Shown: positions 9,662 to 21,160, counted from the first letter of the stretch. The stretch is 64,000 bases of DNA from Thermodesulfobacteriota bacterium (GCA_965215275.1 OZ244044.1:1120001-1184000), one strand, 5' to 3'. A program made the numbers and translations. Notes: generated by a model from the sequence alone, not told the origin.

Positions 9662-10239
9662 TTCAGTTCCTCCGGTCCCTTACCAAAATCAACTAATGTC
9701 TCATCGCAGCTGGCCCTTTTGTTCTCTATTCTTGCCATCATAAAAAGCAGGTCGGAAAGTCTGTTTAAATATTTTATTCCCATAGAGTTTACCGGGTGCT
9801 TCTCGGAAAGTTCCACAAGGTTTCTCTCCGCACGTCTGCAGACCGTTCTTGCATGATGTATATAGGGAGTTCCATAAATCCCGGATGGAAGGATGAACTC
9901 CTTCAGATCCCCCACCTCCGCGTGAAATTCATCTATATGTTCCTCAAGCTGTCCGATCATCCGCTCTGAGACCCTCGGGACCTTGCCCGCAAAGTCATCA
10001 GGGGTAGCCAGGTCACTGCCGAGTATAAAAAGATCGTTCTGCAACTGCGTTAAAATACTTTTCAAACAGGTGTTCCTTACGCGGCTTACAGCAATGCCAA
10101 TCACCGAGTTCAGTTCATCCACGTCGCCATATGCTTTAACTCTGGGCGAGAACTTATCAACCCTGCTGCCATCAGCAAGAGACGTTCTTCCCTTATCTCC
10201 CGTTTTTGTATAGACCTTTGTAATTCTTTTTTTAGCCAT
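9658..10239 (-). CDS. PduO-type cob(I)alamin adenosyltransferase
   Basis: VYTKTGDKGRT, YGDVDELNS, RTVCRRAER, YLNRLSDLLF. Confidence 0.95.
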   Translation of the reverse strand: MAKKRITKVYTKTGDKGRTSLADGSRVDKFSPRVKAYGDVDELNSVIGIAVSRVRNTCLKSILTQLQNDLFILGSDLATPDDFAGKVPRVSERMIGQLEEHIDEFHAEVGDLKEFILPSGIYGTPYIHHARTVCRRAERNLVELSEKHPVNSMGIKYLNRLSDLLFMMARIENKRASCDETLVDFGKGPEELK

Positions 10240-10467
10240 CTGTAAGATCAGAACAAGCTTTTTATTAAACCATGAGTTTTATATAAGATATAAAATTTCT
10301 GAGCAGTTCCTGCAGTTGTTACACTGCCACAAACCGCTGTGATACAAGGTTCATATCTTTTATCATTCCAGGCAAAACTTCCGAACAAAATAAGATTACT
10401 GATATTGAAGATAAAATTAAAGTATGTAGATTAGTAATCCAGTTTATATCTTGGTTAATAACATTAT

Positions 10468-10950
10468 ATGCCTTTTCCAGAGGATTTGACAGAAAAGATA
10501 AATGAAGTGGTCAGTGGTCATGAAACCAGGCGGTCATCCCTGATACCAGTACTGCGAGAAGTCCAGGATCATTATGGCTGGATATCCAGCGGGTCAATGG
10601 AAAAAGTAGCGGATATCCTGGATATCTCACCTTCCGATGTTCAGGCCGTTGCCACTTTTTACACGATGTTTTTCACAAAGCCAAAGGGAAAACACGTCAT
10701 ATGGGTATGCAGAACCCTGTCGTGTGCCCTCAAAGGGGCGGAACACGTTGAGCATTATCTGTGCGATAAACTGAACCTCAAGACGGGAGAGACAAGTAAA
10801 GACGGCAAAATAACTTTAATGGAAGCCGAATGCCTCGCGTCGTGCGGCACTGCACCGGCCATGCTGGTTGACGACACCCTTCACGAAAACTTGACAAAAG
10901 AAAAAGTTGACAGAGTTATTGATAACCTGATCAAAAACCAGCCTGTTTAA
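10468..10950 (+). CDS. nuoE: NADH-quinone oxidoreductase subunit E (2Fe-2S)
   Basis: VATFYTMF, CRTLSC, ECLASCGTAP. Confidence 0.92.
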   Translation: MPFPEDLTEKINEVVSGHETRRSSLIPVLREVQDHYGWISSGSMEKVADILDISPSDVQAVATFYTMFFTKPKGKHVIWVCRTLSCALKGAEHVEHYLCDKLNLKTGETSKDGKITLMEAECLASCGTAPAMLVDDTLHENLTKEKVDRVIDNLIKNQPV

Positions 10951-10965
10951 AATGAACTTACTACC

Positions 10966-12003
<1,038 letters not shown>

Positions 12004-12041
12004 TCCTGAACAGACGATATTATACTTCTTTGCTCCCACCA

Positions 12042-12395
12042 CTAAAGGAAGTTGTAGATCAAATTAAAAACGTACTTCAGGTTGGGAGAGTTCTTTTGTA
12101 ATTCAAGCTTGGGAGATAAAGTGCTGATGCTCGGGAACAGAAGTTCGTTGTATATCTCGGCTATTTTCTGAAACTCCTCGAACTCTATTCGCAATGAGTC
12201 ATAGATCTTCAGAGGCCTTACGTTTTTTTCAGCACTGGATATCCTGATCCCTTCACCTTCCACCTTTGCCAGGAACCACCTCTCACAATCAGGGTCAGGA
12301 AGTTCAACTCCCTGACCGACCTTTTTCATTAGAATTTCCCATTCATCTTTTTTTGATTCGCTGAAGTCCAGCTTTCTGTCTGTTAATATCGGCAT
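12042..12395 (-). CDS. Hypothetical protein, 117 aa
   Basis: ATG with GAGGAG RBS; fills the gap downstream of mqnE; no motif recognised. Confidence 0.7.
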   Translation of the reverse strand: MPILTDRKLDFSESKKDEWEILMKKVGQGVELPDPDCERWFLAKVEGEGIRISSAEKNVRPLKIYDSLRIEFEEFQKIAEIYNELLFPSISTLSPKLELQKNSPNLKYVFNLIYNFL

Positions 12396-12466
12396 CTTTT
12401 ACTCCTCAAACCATTTTAAAACTAAGCATCAATTATACACCAATAATTTCTGAATTTATACACAAG

Positions 12467-13573
12467 CTAGTTATAAACCCGTATCTCATTGTAAAGAGCA
12501 TCTCTTTCCACGGGTGTGTAGCCGGAGTTCCTGATCATATTAACCATAAAATCCCTGCTGTGTCCGACCTCCGAGGGAGCACCTGCATCATGGATGATCT
12601 TTTCTCTCATGATCGTCCCATCAGCGTCACTTGCCCCGTAGTGAAGTGCCACCTGGGCCGCTTTTTCGCCCAGAGTGATCCAGTACGCCTTTATATGGGG
12701 AAAGTTATCAAGATAAAGCCTTGCAAGTGCGTGGATCTTCATATCATAAGAAGCGGGGAATGGTCTGACATTTTTCAGTCCGGTGTTCTCAGGCTGAAAC
12801 AACACGGGTATGAATGCAAAAAAGCCCGGCGATTCGTCTTCAACGTTCCTGAGCCTCTCCAGATGATCCACAACGTGAAACGGTTCCTCCACGTGACCAT
12901 AGAGAATGGTCGCATTGGAAGGTATTCCCAGGGCATGAGCGATTCTGTGTATCTCTTCCCAGCGAGTGGCAACGGTCTTAGGAGCACATATCTTCCTTCT
13001 GACGTCGGGATGAAGTATCTCAGCCCCTCCACCGGTCAAAGCGTCTATACCGGCTTTCTTCAGACTCAAAAGCACGTCCTCTATGGAAGTACCGCTGATC
13101 TCGGTAAACCAGTCGATCTCGACCGCAGTAAAGGCCTTTACGTGAGTCTGGGGATATTTGTCTTTTATAGTGCTTACGATGTCAAGGTATCGTTCAAATT
13201 CCCAGTCGGGATGAAGTCCACCAACGATGTGAACCTCGCGTATCTCATCGTTCAGCATTGAAAGTATCTGTTCATGTGAAAGTTCATAGGCGTTTGCGGA
13301 TTTTTTTGTAGTGCCAAACGCACAGAAACGACATGATATGGCACAGATGTTCGAAGGATTAATGTGTCTGTTAACCACAAAATAGACCTTGTCATCAGTT
13401 CTCTTTCTTTTAACGTAATCTGCCATCATGCCAATTGCGGCAAGGTCGCTTGAGTTCATTATCTTTATGCCGTCGTCAAAGCTGATACGTTCATCGCACC
13501 TTATTTTTTCCACGATGGGCATAAGGGATACATCAGTACAAAACAGCTCTATATTTTCCAATAACCGCTCCAC
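12467..13573 (-). CDS. mqnE: Aminofutalosine synthase (radical SAM, CofH/MqnC/MqnE family)
   Basis: NRHINPSNICAISCRFCAF, EVHIVGGLHP, HVKAFTAVEI, GGGAEI, HIKAYW. Confidence 0.9.
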   Translation of the reverse strand: MERLLENIELFCTDVSLMPIVEKIRCDERISFDDGIKIMNSSDLAAIGMMADYVKRKRTDDKVYFVVNRHINPSNICAISCRFCAFGTTKKSANAYELSHEQILSMLNDEIREVHIVGGLHPDWEFERYLDIVSTIKDKYPQTHVKAFTAVEIDWFTEISGTSIEDVLLSLKKAGIDALTGGGAEILHPDVRRKICAPKTVATRWEEIHRIAHALGIPSNATILYGHVEEPFHVVDHLERLRNVEDESPGFFAFIPVLFQPENTGLKNVRPFPASYDMKIHALARLYLDNFPHIKAYWITLGEKAAQVALHYGASDADGTIMREKIIHDAGAPSEVGHSRDFMVNMIRNSGYTPVERDALYNEIRVYN

Positions 13574-15324
13574 TTTTCAGTTACCTTGTCCTTTATATCA
13601 TCAGACATTCTTATTACTTCAGGATACCATTTTTTCATCGTTGCATCTATTCCCATTCGCCCGTTGTAAACTACCGCCGAACCCTTCAGTTCAGTATGTT
13701 CGAATATAACGTCAAGATACGGGTCAAAACGGGTAAATATACCCCATATTAAATCCGTGTCATCACTTATATCAACATCCTGACTGACCACCGCTATAAT
13801 CCTGACGTTCTTAAATCCCGGTGTTTCGAACATCTTTCCGATCAGCTCTTTTGGTTTATCCCTGGCCTGCAGTACTAAAAACCCTCCGTTCAGTAACCTG
13901 TAATTCAGGATCTCCGGGTGTTTTTCTCTCGGGTCAGGAACTCTTCTGGCATATTTTTTCTTCCCCGCTTCGGGCTTCCTGATCGCATTAATCCCCATCT
14001 TGCTTCCCACATTGAGCTTTCCACTTGTAAAATCCAGGGTATCAAGCGGTGCCCAGGGAATGAGAAGAAAATCCTCGACGGGGTCAAAGTTCTCCCCGAT
14101 CTCGTTCAGCACCGCACTGAAATCTCTGGGGTCAATGTCGCTTGACACGGTGATCATACATTTTGTGAGAAGCAGCTGCCCTATGCCCCACAGTGCAAGC
14201 ATGGCTTTTTTCCCGTTTTTTGGAAAACGTTCATCAACTGATACCGCAAGCAGATTATGAAAACCTGCCTCCGGATATGCCCACATGTCTTTTACTTCCG
14301 GCTGTATAATCTTAATAAGTGGAGAGAACATCTCCCCAGCTGCAATTCCAAGGAATATGTCTTCCTTAGGAGGCTTGCCAACTACCGTGGCGGGATAAAC
14401 GGCATCGTTCTTATGGGTAATCGTATTTACTCTGAACACCGGAAAATCCGACTCCATTGAATAATGACCAAAATGATCACCAAAAGGACCTTCCTCCCTT
14501 AAAACGTTCTGCGGAACGACGCCTTCAATCACTATATCCGCATTTGCAGGAACGAACTGAGATATCGTTTTTCCCTTGACCATGGGGATCGGCTTTCCTC
14601 TGAGAAAACTTGCAAATGCAAGCTCGTCCATACCTTCGGGAAGAGGTGCAATGGCACTGAATATCATTTTAGGGTCTCCACCCAGTACCACTGCGGCTTC
14701 AAGGTCCTGATCAAGCTTTTGTGCCTCGTGGTAGTGTGCAGCACCACCCTTGTGAGGATGCCAGTGCATTCCCGTAGTTTCCTTATCGTATATCTGCAGC
14801 CTGTAAATACCCAGATTTCTCCTTCTGGATACCGGGTCCTGTGTCAGCACCAGTCCCAAAGTAATGAACTTTCCTCCATCCAGTGGCCAGCATTTGATGA
14901 CCGGCAGTCTTGACAGGTCCGGAGTAAACTCATTGTCCTGTACGGGACCCGACCTTGTGTTCTTAGTCCGCATGTTTATCAGTTTGTAAGCTTTTGGAAG
15001 TATGGAAAAAAAATTCTTTATCGAAGGCGGGTTCAGCCTGTGAAATATATCCACCAGTTCATTACCTACGTCTGACGGCTTTCTGCCCAGAGCCAACTCC
15101 ACCCTTTCCTCCGTGCCGAACAGGTTCATTGCCAAAGGAAAATCCGCCCCTTTTACATTTTCAAATATCAAAGCAGAACCTTTTTCTTTTATAACCCTGT
15201 CCGCTATCTCGGTAACCTCAAGCACCGGATCAACTTCAGTTTTGATCCTGGTGACATCACCTATTTTTTCCAAGTGGTCAATATATCCCTTTAGATCATA
15301 GAAACTCTGTCTGGACTTACACAT
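13549..15324 (-). CDS. ubiD: UbiD-family decarboxylase, menaquinone (futalosine) pathway, MqnL-like
   Basis: NLGIYRLQ, MHWHPHKGG, EGPFGDHFGHY, TVVGKPPKED. Confidence 0.92.
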   Translation of the reverse strand: MCKSRQSFYDLKGYIDHLEKIGDVTRIKTEVDPVLEVTEIADRVIKEKGSALIFENVKGADFPLAMNLFGTEERVELALGRKPSDVGNELVDIFHRLNPPSIKNFFSILPKAYKLINMRTKNTRSGPVQDNEFTPDLSRLPVIKCWPLDGGKFITLGLVLTQDPVSRRRNLGIYRLQIYDKETTGMHWHPHKGGAAHYHEAQKLDQDLEAAVVLGGDPKMIFSAIAPLPEGMDELAFASFLRGKPIPMVKGKTISQFVPANADIVIEGVVPQNVLREEGPFGDHFGHYSMESDFPVFRVNTITHKNDAVYPATVVGKPPKEDIFLGIAAGEMFSPLIKIIQPEVKDMWAYPEAGFHNLLAVSVDERFPKNGKKAMLALWGIGQLLLTKCMITVSSDIDPRDFSAVLNEIGENFDPVEDFLLIPWAPLDTLDFTSGKLNVGSKMGINAIRKPEAGKKKYARRVPDPREKHPEILNYRLLNGGFLVLQARDKPKELIGKMFETPGFKNVRIIAVVSQDVDISDDTDLIWGIFTRFDPYLDVIFEHTELKGSAVVYNGRMGIDATMKKWYPEVIRMSDDIKDKVTEKWSGYWKI

Positions 15325-15394
15325 GATATGCTTTCAGTTCAGGCGGTCACCTTCACGGCAACGATAAACTGTCCCCCTTATCGCTTAACTTGCA

Positions 15395-15667
15395 CTAAAC
15401 GATGATATGAGGCTTATGACTTAAATCAATAACTGTATCGGCAACTTGCTGAACCGAGAAGCAACCTTCTCCATAGTCCCTCATGCCGATCTTAATAGCG
15501 TCATTTTCACTTTCGAAGAACTCTATAATTTTTTCCTTATGAAGCAGTGCAAATTCATTTAGATGCATTTTCTTCAGTTCGGGAAGATGGGATTGAAAAT
15601 ATTTAAAATTAGCACTTACTTCGGCCATCGCTTCACTCAACACTTCTTCCATAGTTTTGTCAGTCAT
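15395..15667 (-). CDS. Small hypothetical protein (DUF5678-like)
   Basis: 90 aa with GAGGAGAGGG RBS; NFKYFQSHLPEL...EFALL...DAIKIG...FSVQQV resembles DUF5678 proteins (recognised from memory). Confidence 0.65.
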   Translation of the reverse strand: MTDKTMEEVLSEAMAEVSANFKYFQSHLPELKKMHLNEFALLHKEKIIEFFESENDAIKIGMRDYGEGCFSVQQVADTVIDLSHKPHIIV

Positions 15668-15772
15668 CTGCCCTCTCCTCGCTTTTCAGACCTGTTCAAA
15701 TTATATAACTCCTCTTGTCAAATCAAGGAGTAAAAACTTTTCTGCTGACGTAAAAGTTGCTATCTGGATTCA

Positions 15773-16324
15773 TCAATCCAGTTCTTCGCTCTTCCACCCA
15801 CCACCGTTCTGCACGCCTACGGCACCAAGGAGCTTATCAACATAGGCTTTCACAAGATCATCCACGTTGTCGGATTTTAAATAATGGGGAGGACTTATCG
15901 GAGCGATCACAACTCCTTCTCGCGAAAGTTTCAATGCGTTTTCAAGTGCTATGGAACTCAAAGGGGTTTCCCTTATTGCTATTACAAGCCGTCTTTTCTC
16001 TTTGAGTGCAACCTGGGCGATTCTTGTGATAAGAGAGTCCGCGACGCCGTTGGCGATCTTGGCAAGTGTCGATATCGTGCAGGGAACTATGACCATGGCG
16101 TCAAAATGGTTACTGCCGGACGAAAAAGGAGAAGCGAGGTCGGAGTCGCTGTATATCTCGTTGACCCAGGTTTTCATTTCATCAGCCTTTAGCCCAAGCT
16201 CCTCATTAAGAACGTGCTTGCCCCATTTGCTGACAATAAGGTATTTGTCATCCGGGCATCTTCTTGTAAAGTCCACTCCGTAAACAACGCCTGAAGCACC
16301 TGTAATTCCAACTATCGTTCGCAT
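15773..16324 (-). CDS. ubiX: Flavin prenyltransferase
   Basis: GITGASG, SSGS, VPCTISTLAKIANG, RETPLS. Confidence 0.95.
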   Translation of the reverse strand: MRTIVGITGASGVVYGVDFTRRCPDDKYLIVSKWGKHVLNEELGLKADEMKTWVNEIYSDSDLASPFSSGSNHFDAMVIVPCTISTLAKIANGVADSLITRIAQVALKEKRRLVIAIRETPLSSIALENALKLSREGVVIAPISPPHYLKSDNVDDLVKAYVDKLLGAVGVQNGGGWKSEELD

Positions 16325-16327
16325 AGG

Positions 16328-17167
16328 TCACAAGTATATACCACTTACAATAAAAAGGAACACGGCTATTCCAACAAGTATATTGATCTTGAAAAATGCA
16401 AGATCGACGTCCGATGACATTCTGTGCTCAAAGAACAGAAGCAGACCAGTGGCAAGCAATGCTGCACCGGGCATTATCCCGGTAAAATATCTGTAATAAA
16501 GTATAGCAAGGAATGCAAAAGCAAAGGCATGGCAAACGGCTGAAACCCTCATCGCTTTTTTTCTGCCGTAAACTGAAACCATTGAACGGATATTGTTTTT
16601 CAGGTCGAACTCCTCGTCCAGCGTGGCATATATAATATCAAAACCTGACACCCAGAACATTGTAAACAGTACCAGGAGCAGTGGTTTTTCCAGTCCGTTC
16701 AGCGAACAGGTTACGGCAACCCATCCGCCAAGAGGAGCTAAGGCAAGGGCAAGACCGACCCCAAAATGACAAAAAGGCGTCCAGCGTTTCATATACGGAT
16801 AAGCTATAAAAACGGCCAGCGGTACCGGAGAAAGGTAAAAAACCAGGTCACATATAAAAAAGCAGCTTACAAAGTAAAAAGCCAGACCAAGACCCATGAC
16901 AGTGTAACTTTCGTTCAGGGATATTTTTCCAGCTGGCAGTTCCCTGTCCCTTGTTCGTGGGTTCAGAAAATCGATCTTTCTGTCAATTATCCTGTTCAGC
17001 CCCATTGCTGCGGTCCTTGCACCAGACGCAGCTGCCAGTATAAGCATAAGCAGATAGAAAGGTGGAACACCTTCAGCAGCAAGAAAGGAACCTGCAAGCA
17101 CTACTGAAAAGGAAAACAGGGTATGCTCAACTTTGATGAACTTTCCGTAGCTGCTGATCTTATTCAT
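16328..17167 (-). CDS. UbiA-family polyprenyltransferase (MqnP-like)
   Basis: EHTLFS, NRIIDRKIDFLNPRTRDRELPAG, YPYMKR, GFDIIYA. Confidence 0.92.
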   Translation of the reverse strand: MNKISSYGKFIKVEHTLFSFSVVLAGSFLAAEGVPPFYLLMLILAAASGARTAAMGLNRIIDRKIDFLNPRTRDRELPAGKISLNESYTVMGLGLAFYFVSCFFICDLVFYLSPVPLAVFIAYPYMKRWTPFCHFGVGLALALAPLGGWVAVTCSLNGLEKPLLLVLFTMFWVSGFDIIYATLDEEFDLKNNIRSMVSVYGRKKAMRVSAVCHAFAFAFLAILYYRYFTGIMPGAALLATGLLLFFEHRMSSDVDLAFFKINILVGIAVFLFIVSGIYL

Positions 17168-17262
17168 AAAGATAGATAATGACTTCCTTATACTGAACTG
17201 AAACAGAGAAATGATCTGCCGGACAGGGTTGATAAAAAGTATAAAAAACGAAACTGTTTTTC

Positions 17263-18060
17263 CTAATTACCGAATAACATATCACCAGCTACGATCTTCT
17301 GCAGTTCGCCCCCGGACTCTTCTATGTATATATATCCATAACTATCCACTTTTCTAACGACCCCGCTCACTGCCTTCCCTGACACGTTTATTGAAACAAA
17401 CTCATTGAGCTTTCCCCACTTGTTTGTCCAGTCAGCCACGATAAAATGTGTCCCCAGCCTCATGAATTTTAAATAGTATTCATCAAGAACGCTTATAAGT
17501 CTTGAGGCAACCTGTTCTCTGTCAAACTTTTTTCCGCTCTCCAGAAAAAGCGATGTTACTTTATTAACTTCGCCGGAAAGATTTAGCTTTATAAGTTCCT
17601 CCGTGACATTTACATTTAATCCAATTCCAACAATTATATAATCTAACTTATCTTCTTTTGACCGCATCTCGGTCAGAACGCCCGATACTTTCTTACCGTT
17701 TATCAATATGTCGTTTGGCCATTTAATTTCCGGAGCAAAATTAAGACCTTTCAGTGTTTTGACAAGAGCCAGGGAAGCAATGAAGGTAAACACGGGTGAA
17801 TAAGAGGGATGTATATCAGGTCTGAACAACACGGACATATAGATATTAGAACCACCCGGAGAAAACCAGTTCTTTTCTCCTCTTCCCCTGCCACCCGTCT
17901 GCTCATCCGCGATCAGCACAATCCCTTCACCGGGATCAGAAAGCGCTATTTCCGACAACACGGTGTTCGTTGAAGAGACACTGTCAAAAACCCTTACGTC
18001 TCTTCCAATTATCAGACTTCTTATGAGTTTACTTATCTTCTGTTTATCTATTTTACCCAT
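17263..18060 (-). CDS. birA: Biotin-[acetyl-CoA-carboxylase] ligase without N-terminal HTH
   Basis: SSTN, QTGGRGRG, KWPND, KKVSGVL. Confidence 0.93.
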   Translation of the reverse strand: MGKIDKQKISKLIRSLIIGRDVRVFDSVSSTNTVLSEIALSDPGEGIVLIADEQTGGRGRGEKNWFSPGGSNIYMSVLFRPDIHPSYSPVFTFIASLALVKTLKGLNFAPEIKWPNDILINGKKVSGVLTEMRSKEDKLDYIIVGIGLNVNVTEELIKLNLSGEVNKVTSLFLESGKKFDREQVASRLISVLDEYYLKFMRLGTHFIVADWTNKWGKLNEFVSINVSGKAVSGVVRKVDSYGYIYIEESGGELQKIVAGDMLFGN

Positions 18061-18190
18061 CAATAAAAACGTTTAGAGGGTCAGGTCTTGCGTTCTCTTG
18101 TAAAACAACCAGATCCCAACCTAAAATTATTGTTTCATAAATTGACAAAGTTTTCTTTTTAAATATTTTATTCCGTTTACAACATAAAGG

Positions 18191-18264
18191 GGGCCCATAG
18201 CTCAGTTGGTCAGAGCAGCGGACTCATAATCCGTTGGTCCCAGGTTCGAGTCCTGGTGGGCCCA
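18191..18264 (+). tRNA. tRNA-Ile2 (CAT anticodon, lysidine type); CCA not encoded
   Basis: GGGCCCA/TGGGCCC acceptor stem, AGCTCAGTTGGTCAGAGC D arm, GCGGA-CTCATAA-TCCGT anticodon arm, GGTTCGAGTCC T arm; paired G1-C72 and no GGG/CCC anticodon stem exclude initiator; resembles ileX-type tRNAs. Confidence 0.9.
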
Positions 18265-18381
18265 GATAACACGGCAGTGAACATTTTAACGGTTAACACG
18301 ATCATTAACGCTATAGCATCCTTAATACTGATCAGCATCATGAATTTAGATTATATTACAAACTAATAAAAGGAGAACAAT

Positions 18382-19098
18382 ATGCAAGACCAAATACTTG
18401 GTCTCCAGCAACTTCAGAGCGTTGACGCAGAATTAAAAGAAATAGAGGTCAATTTGGAAGAGTACCCAAAGAAAATTTCGAGCATTAAGGATGAGATTAA
18501 AAATGCAACTGATTCTATAGAGGAGAAAAAAAATAATCTGGCGGAGCTTGAAAAAACAAAATCTGAAATTGAGACCAGAATACAGAATAATCTCGATTCA
18601 ATAAAAAAAGCCGAAGAAAAACTGTTTGAGATAAAAACACACAAGGAATACGAAGCACTTCAGAAAGAAATAGCCGAAGTTAAAAGATCTAACTCCGAAC
18701 TCGAAGAACAGGTCATTGAAAAAATGGAGGACACTGAAAATCTCACCAGCGAGATAGACAAAGAAGAAAAGGACTTTACAGATAACCAGATCAGTTACAA
18801 AGAAAAAATAGATGAATATGAATCACTGATCAAAGATCTTAATTCCAGGCTGGAACCCGTAATAACGAAAAAAGAAGAAATACTAAAAAAGATAAATTCC
18901 GACGTTTTACCTATTTATAAACAGGTCATAAACAGAAATGGCACGGCCCTGGCACTCGTGGAAAATGAAGTGTGCACTGGATGCAACATGAACATACCCC
19001 CTCAGCTGTACATTCAGGTACTGGCACAGAAAAAAATATATCAATGCCCGAACTGTAAAAAGATCCTCTACTCTAATTCATATAAAGAAGGGCAGTAA
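18382..19098 (+). CDS. Coiled-coil protein with C4 zinc ribbon (DUF164/CT398 family)
   Basis: Long heptad region, KEYEALQKEI, CTGCNMNIPPQ...CPNCKKILY; AAGGAG RBS. Confidence 0.92.
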   Translation: MQDQILGLQQLQSVDAELKEIEVNLEEYPKKISSIKDEIKNATDSIEEKKNNLAELEKTKSEIETRIQNNLDSIKKAEEKLFEIKTHKEYEALQKEIAEVKRSNSELEEQVIEKMEDTENLTSEIDKEEKDFTDNQISYKEKIDEYESLIKDLNSRLEPVITKKEEILKKINSDVLPIYKQVINRNGTALALVENEVCTGCNMNIPPQLYIQVLAQKKIYQCPNCKKILYSNSYKEGQ

Positions 19099-19099
19099 A

Positions 19100-19525
19100 A
19101 TCAAAGTTCTAGCCGGTTTATCACAACCTATTGACGCCTACACAGATGGAGCTTCCAGAGGTAATCCTGGTGATTCAGGAATAGGGATATTATTCAGAGA
19201 CAACAATAACGTTCACAGAGAATATAAACGCTACATAGGTACCGGTACAAACAATAACGCCGAATATACCGCCCTGATCACCGCACTTGAGATCGCAAGC
19301 AAAGAAAAAGTAGAAAAGATAAACGTTTACACTGACTCTCAACTTGTAGCCAATCAGATCAACAGTCTTTGGAAGGTTAAGGACCCGAGCGTAAGGGTTT
19401 TATTTAATAAAGTCAAGAAGCTGGTCAAAAAATTCCGCCACTTTACAATCACTCACGTCAAAAGAGAAAACAATTCCGAAGCCGACAGACTTGCAAACGA
19501 GGCCATTAACGAATATTTTAGTTAA
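19100..19525 (+). CDS. rnhA: Ribonuclease HI (missing from ORF track; no ATG/GTG/TTG, probable ATC start)
   Basis: Hand translation: YTDGASRGNPGDSGIG...TNNNAEYTAL...YTDSQLV...HVKRENNSEADRLAN, stop TAA 19523-19525. Confidence 0.92.
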   Translation: MKVLAGLSQPIDAYTDGASRGNPGDSGIGILFRDNNNVHREYKRYIGTGTNNNAEYTALITALEIASKEKVEKINVYTDSQLVANQINSLWKVKDPSVRVLFNKVKKLVKKFRHFTITHVKRENNSEADRLANEAINEYFS

Positions 19526-19527
19526 CG

Positions 19528-19891
19528 GCGAGTTAGCTAAGCGGTCGCTTGCTCAGGCAAGAGGAAAGTCCGAACTTCAAAGGGTAGTGTGCTGGTTAAT
19601 GGCCAGGTACCGTGAGGTAACGGAAAGTGCCTCAGAAAAGATACCGCCTATGCATAATATATGCAGGTAAGGGTGAAATGGCAGTGTAAGAGACTACCGC
19701 TCTGATCGGTGACGATCATTGGCAAGGCAAACCCCGCACGAAGAAAGGCAAAATAGAGAAGCACCTGAAACTTTCGTTTCAGACTGGGCGACCCGTCCAA
19801 TGCTTCCGGGTGTGCCGCTAAAGATATTCAGTAATGAATATTTTAGATGAATGACCGCTCACGACAGAATTCGGCTTACAGGTTAACTCGC
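19528..19891 (+). ncRNA. rnpB: RNase P RNA, class A
   Basis: GAGGAAAGTCCG, AGGGTGAAATGGC-GTGTAAGAG, GGCAAACCCC, ACAGAATTCGGCTTA; terminal P1 pairing CGAGTTAG/TTAACTCG. Confidence 0.97.
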
Positions 19892-19929
19892 TGCTAAATT
19901 TCTCTAATACGTTTCAGGAGAACAACAGA

Positions 19930-21132
19930 CTATTTAATAACAGCCTTTACAAACTCCCTCTTTCCGATCTTGATCTCCAGTTCAGACCCGTCAGGAAGCG
20001 AACTTTGCAAATCCGAGAACTTTTGTCCGTTTATCGTAAGGCCTCCCTGGGCGATCAACCGCCTCATTTCCGCTTTAGACCTGAGCACCTCGGAAACTGC
20101 AGAGACAAGGTCCAACAGGGTCATAATTTCGCCTCCATCAATACTTACGACCCTTGCGTCATCGGGAAAGGACCTTCGTGAAAATTTCGTTTCAAAATCC
20201 GATCTGGCCTTATCCGCCTCAACGTGGCTGTAAAGCCAGCTGGTTATTTCGTAGGCAAGCATTTTTTTGGACTCCATGGGATGTGACCTTTTCAAAGACC
20301 CTATTTCTTCATCGGTCTTTGAGGTCAGCAGGTAGAAATACCTCCACATAAGTTCATCAGATACTGACATTACCTTTCCATAAACGTCCATTGGGTCTTC
20401 CTCAATACCAATATAGTTCCCAAGGGACTTTGACATCTTCTTCACTCCATCAGTACCTTCAAGTATGGGTAAAAATACTGCAACCTGGGGTTCCAGTCCA
20501 AAATATCTCTGAAAGTCCCTGCCTAACAGTATGTTAAAGGTCTGGTCCGTACCGCCCATCTCCACGTCCGCACGCGTCTGGACAGAATCATAAGCCTGGA
20601 TCAGCGGATACATAAACTCCTTTAAAGATATGGACGAACCGCTCTTGTACCTTTTACTGAAATCGTCCCTCTCCAGCAGTCTTGCAACGTTAACCTGAGA
20701 AGTGAGATTAAGGAGCTGATCAAAGCTCAGCTTGCCCAGCCAGGCCGAGTTGAAGATTATATCCGTCTTTTTCCTGTCAAGGATCTTAAAGACCTGCTTC
20801 TCGTACGTCTCTGCATTTTTAACTATCTCATCGGACATAAGCGCCGGACGGGTTTCCGTCTTACCGGTAGGATCACCTATCATAGCGGTAAAGTCGCCAA
20901 TTAAAAACAGCACTTTATGCCCGAGGTCCTGAAAATCCCTCAGCTTTTTCAGCAACAGGCAGTGTCCAAGATGGAGGTCCGGAGCAGTAGGGTCAAAACC
21001 CGCTTTGATCCTGAGTGGAACGTTCCTGGCCTTCGAACTTTTAAGTTTTTCCAGAAGTTCCTCTTTGGATATGATCCCTTCCGTGCCTCTCTCTATTACT
21101 TTCAACTGCTCCCTGGGATCTATAAATTTCAT
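19930..21132 (-). CDS. tyrS: Tyrosine-tRNA ligase
   Basis: [24 protein letters not shown]-terminal S4-like domain. Confidence 0.98.
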   Translation of the reverse strand: MKFIDPREQLKVIERGTEGIISKEELLEKLKSSKARNVPLRIKAGFDPTAPDLHLGHCLLLKKLRDFQDLGHKVLFLIGDFTAMIGDPTGKTETRPALMSDEIVKNAETYEKQVFKILDRKKTDIIFNSAWLGKLSFDQLLNLTSQVNVARLLERDDFSKRYKSGSSISLKEFMYPLIQAYDSVQTRADVEMGGTDQTFNILLGRDFQRYFGLEPQVAVFLPILEGTDGVKKMSKSLGNYIGIEEDPMDVYGKVMSVSDELMWRYFYLLTSKTDEEIGSLKRSHPMESKKMLAYEITSWLYSHVEADKARSDFETKFSRRSFPDDARVVSIDGGEIMTLLDLVSAVSEVLRSKAEMRRLIAQGGLTINGQKFSDLQSSLPDGSELEIKIGKREFVKAVIK

Positions 21133-21160
21133 TGTTTCTGAATGAAATCAAAGTTTGTTT

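Noticed and set aside
12560..13261. Long antisense ORFs such as 12560-13261, 49940-50578, 51603-52160 and 34296-34796
   Set aside because: They lie opposite well-supported genes and show no motifs of their own.
18265..18312. TTAAC/TAACACG repeats after the tRNA as another Pho box
   Set aside because: Spacings are 7 and 12 bp, not a regular 11 bp.
18191..18400. tRNA as an island integration site
   Set aside because: No integrase in the window, no duplicated tRNA 3' end noticed, and downstream genes are core.
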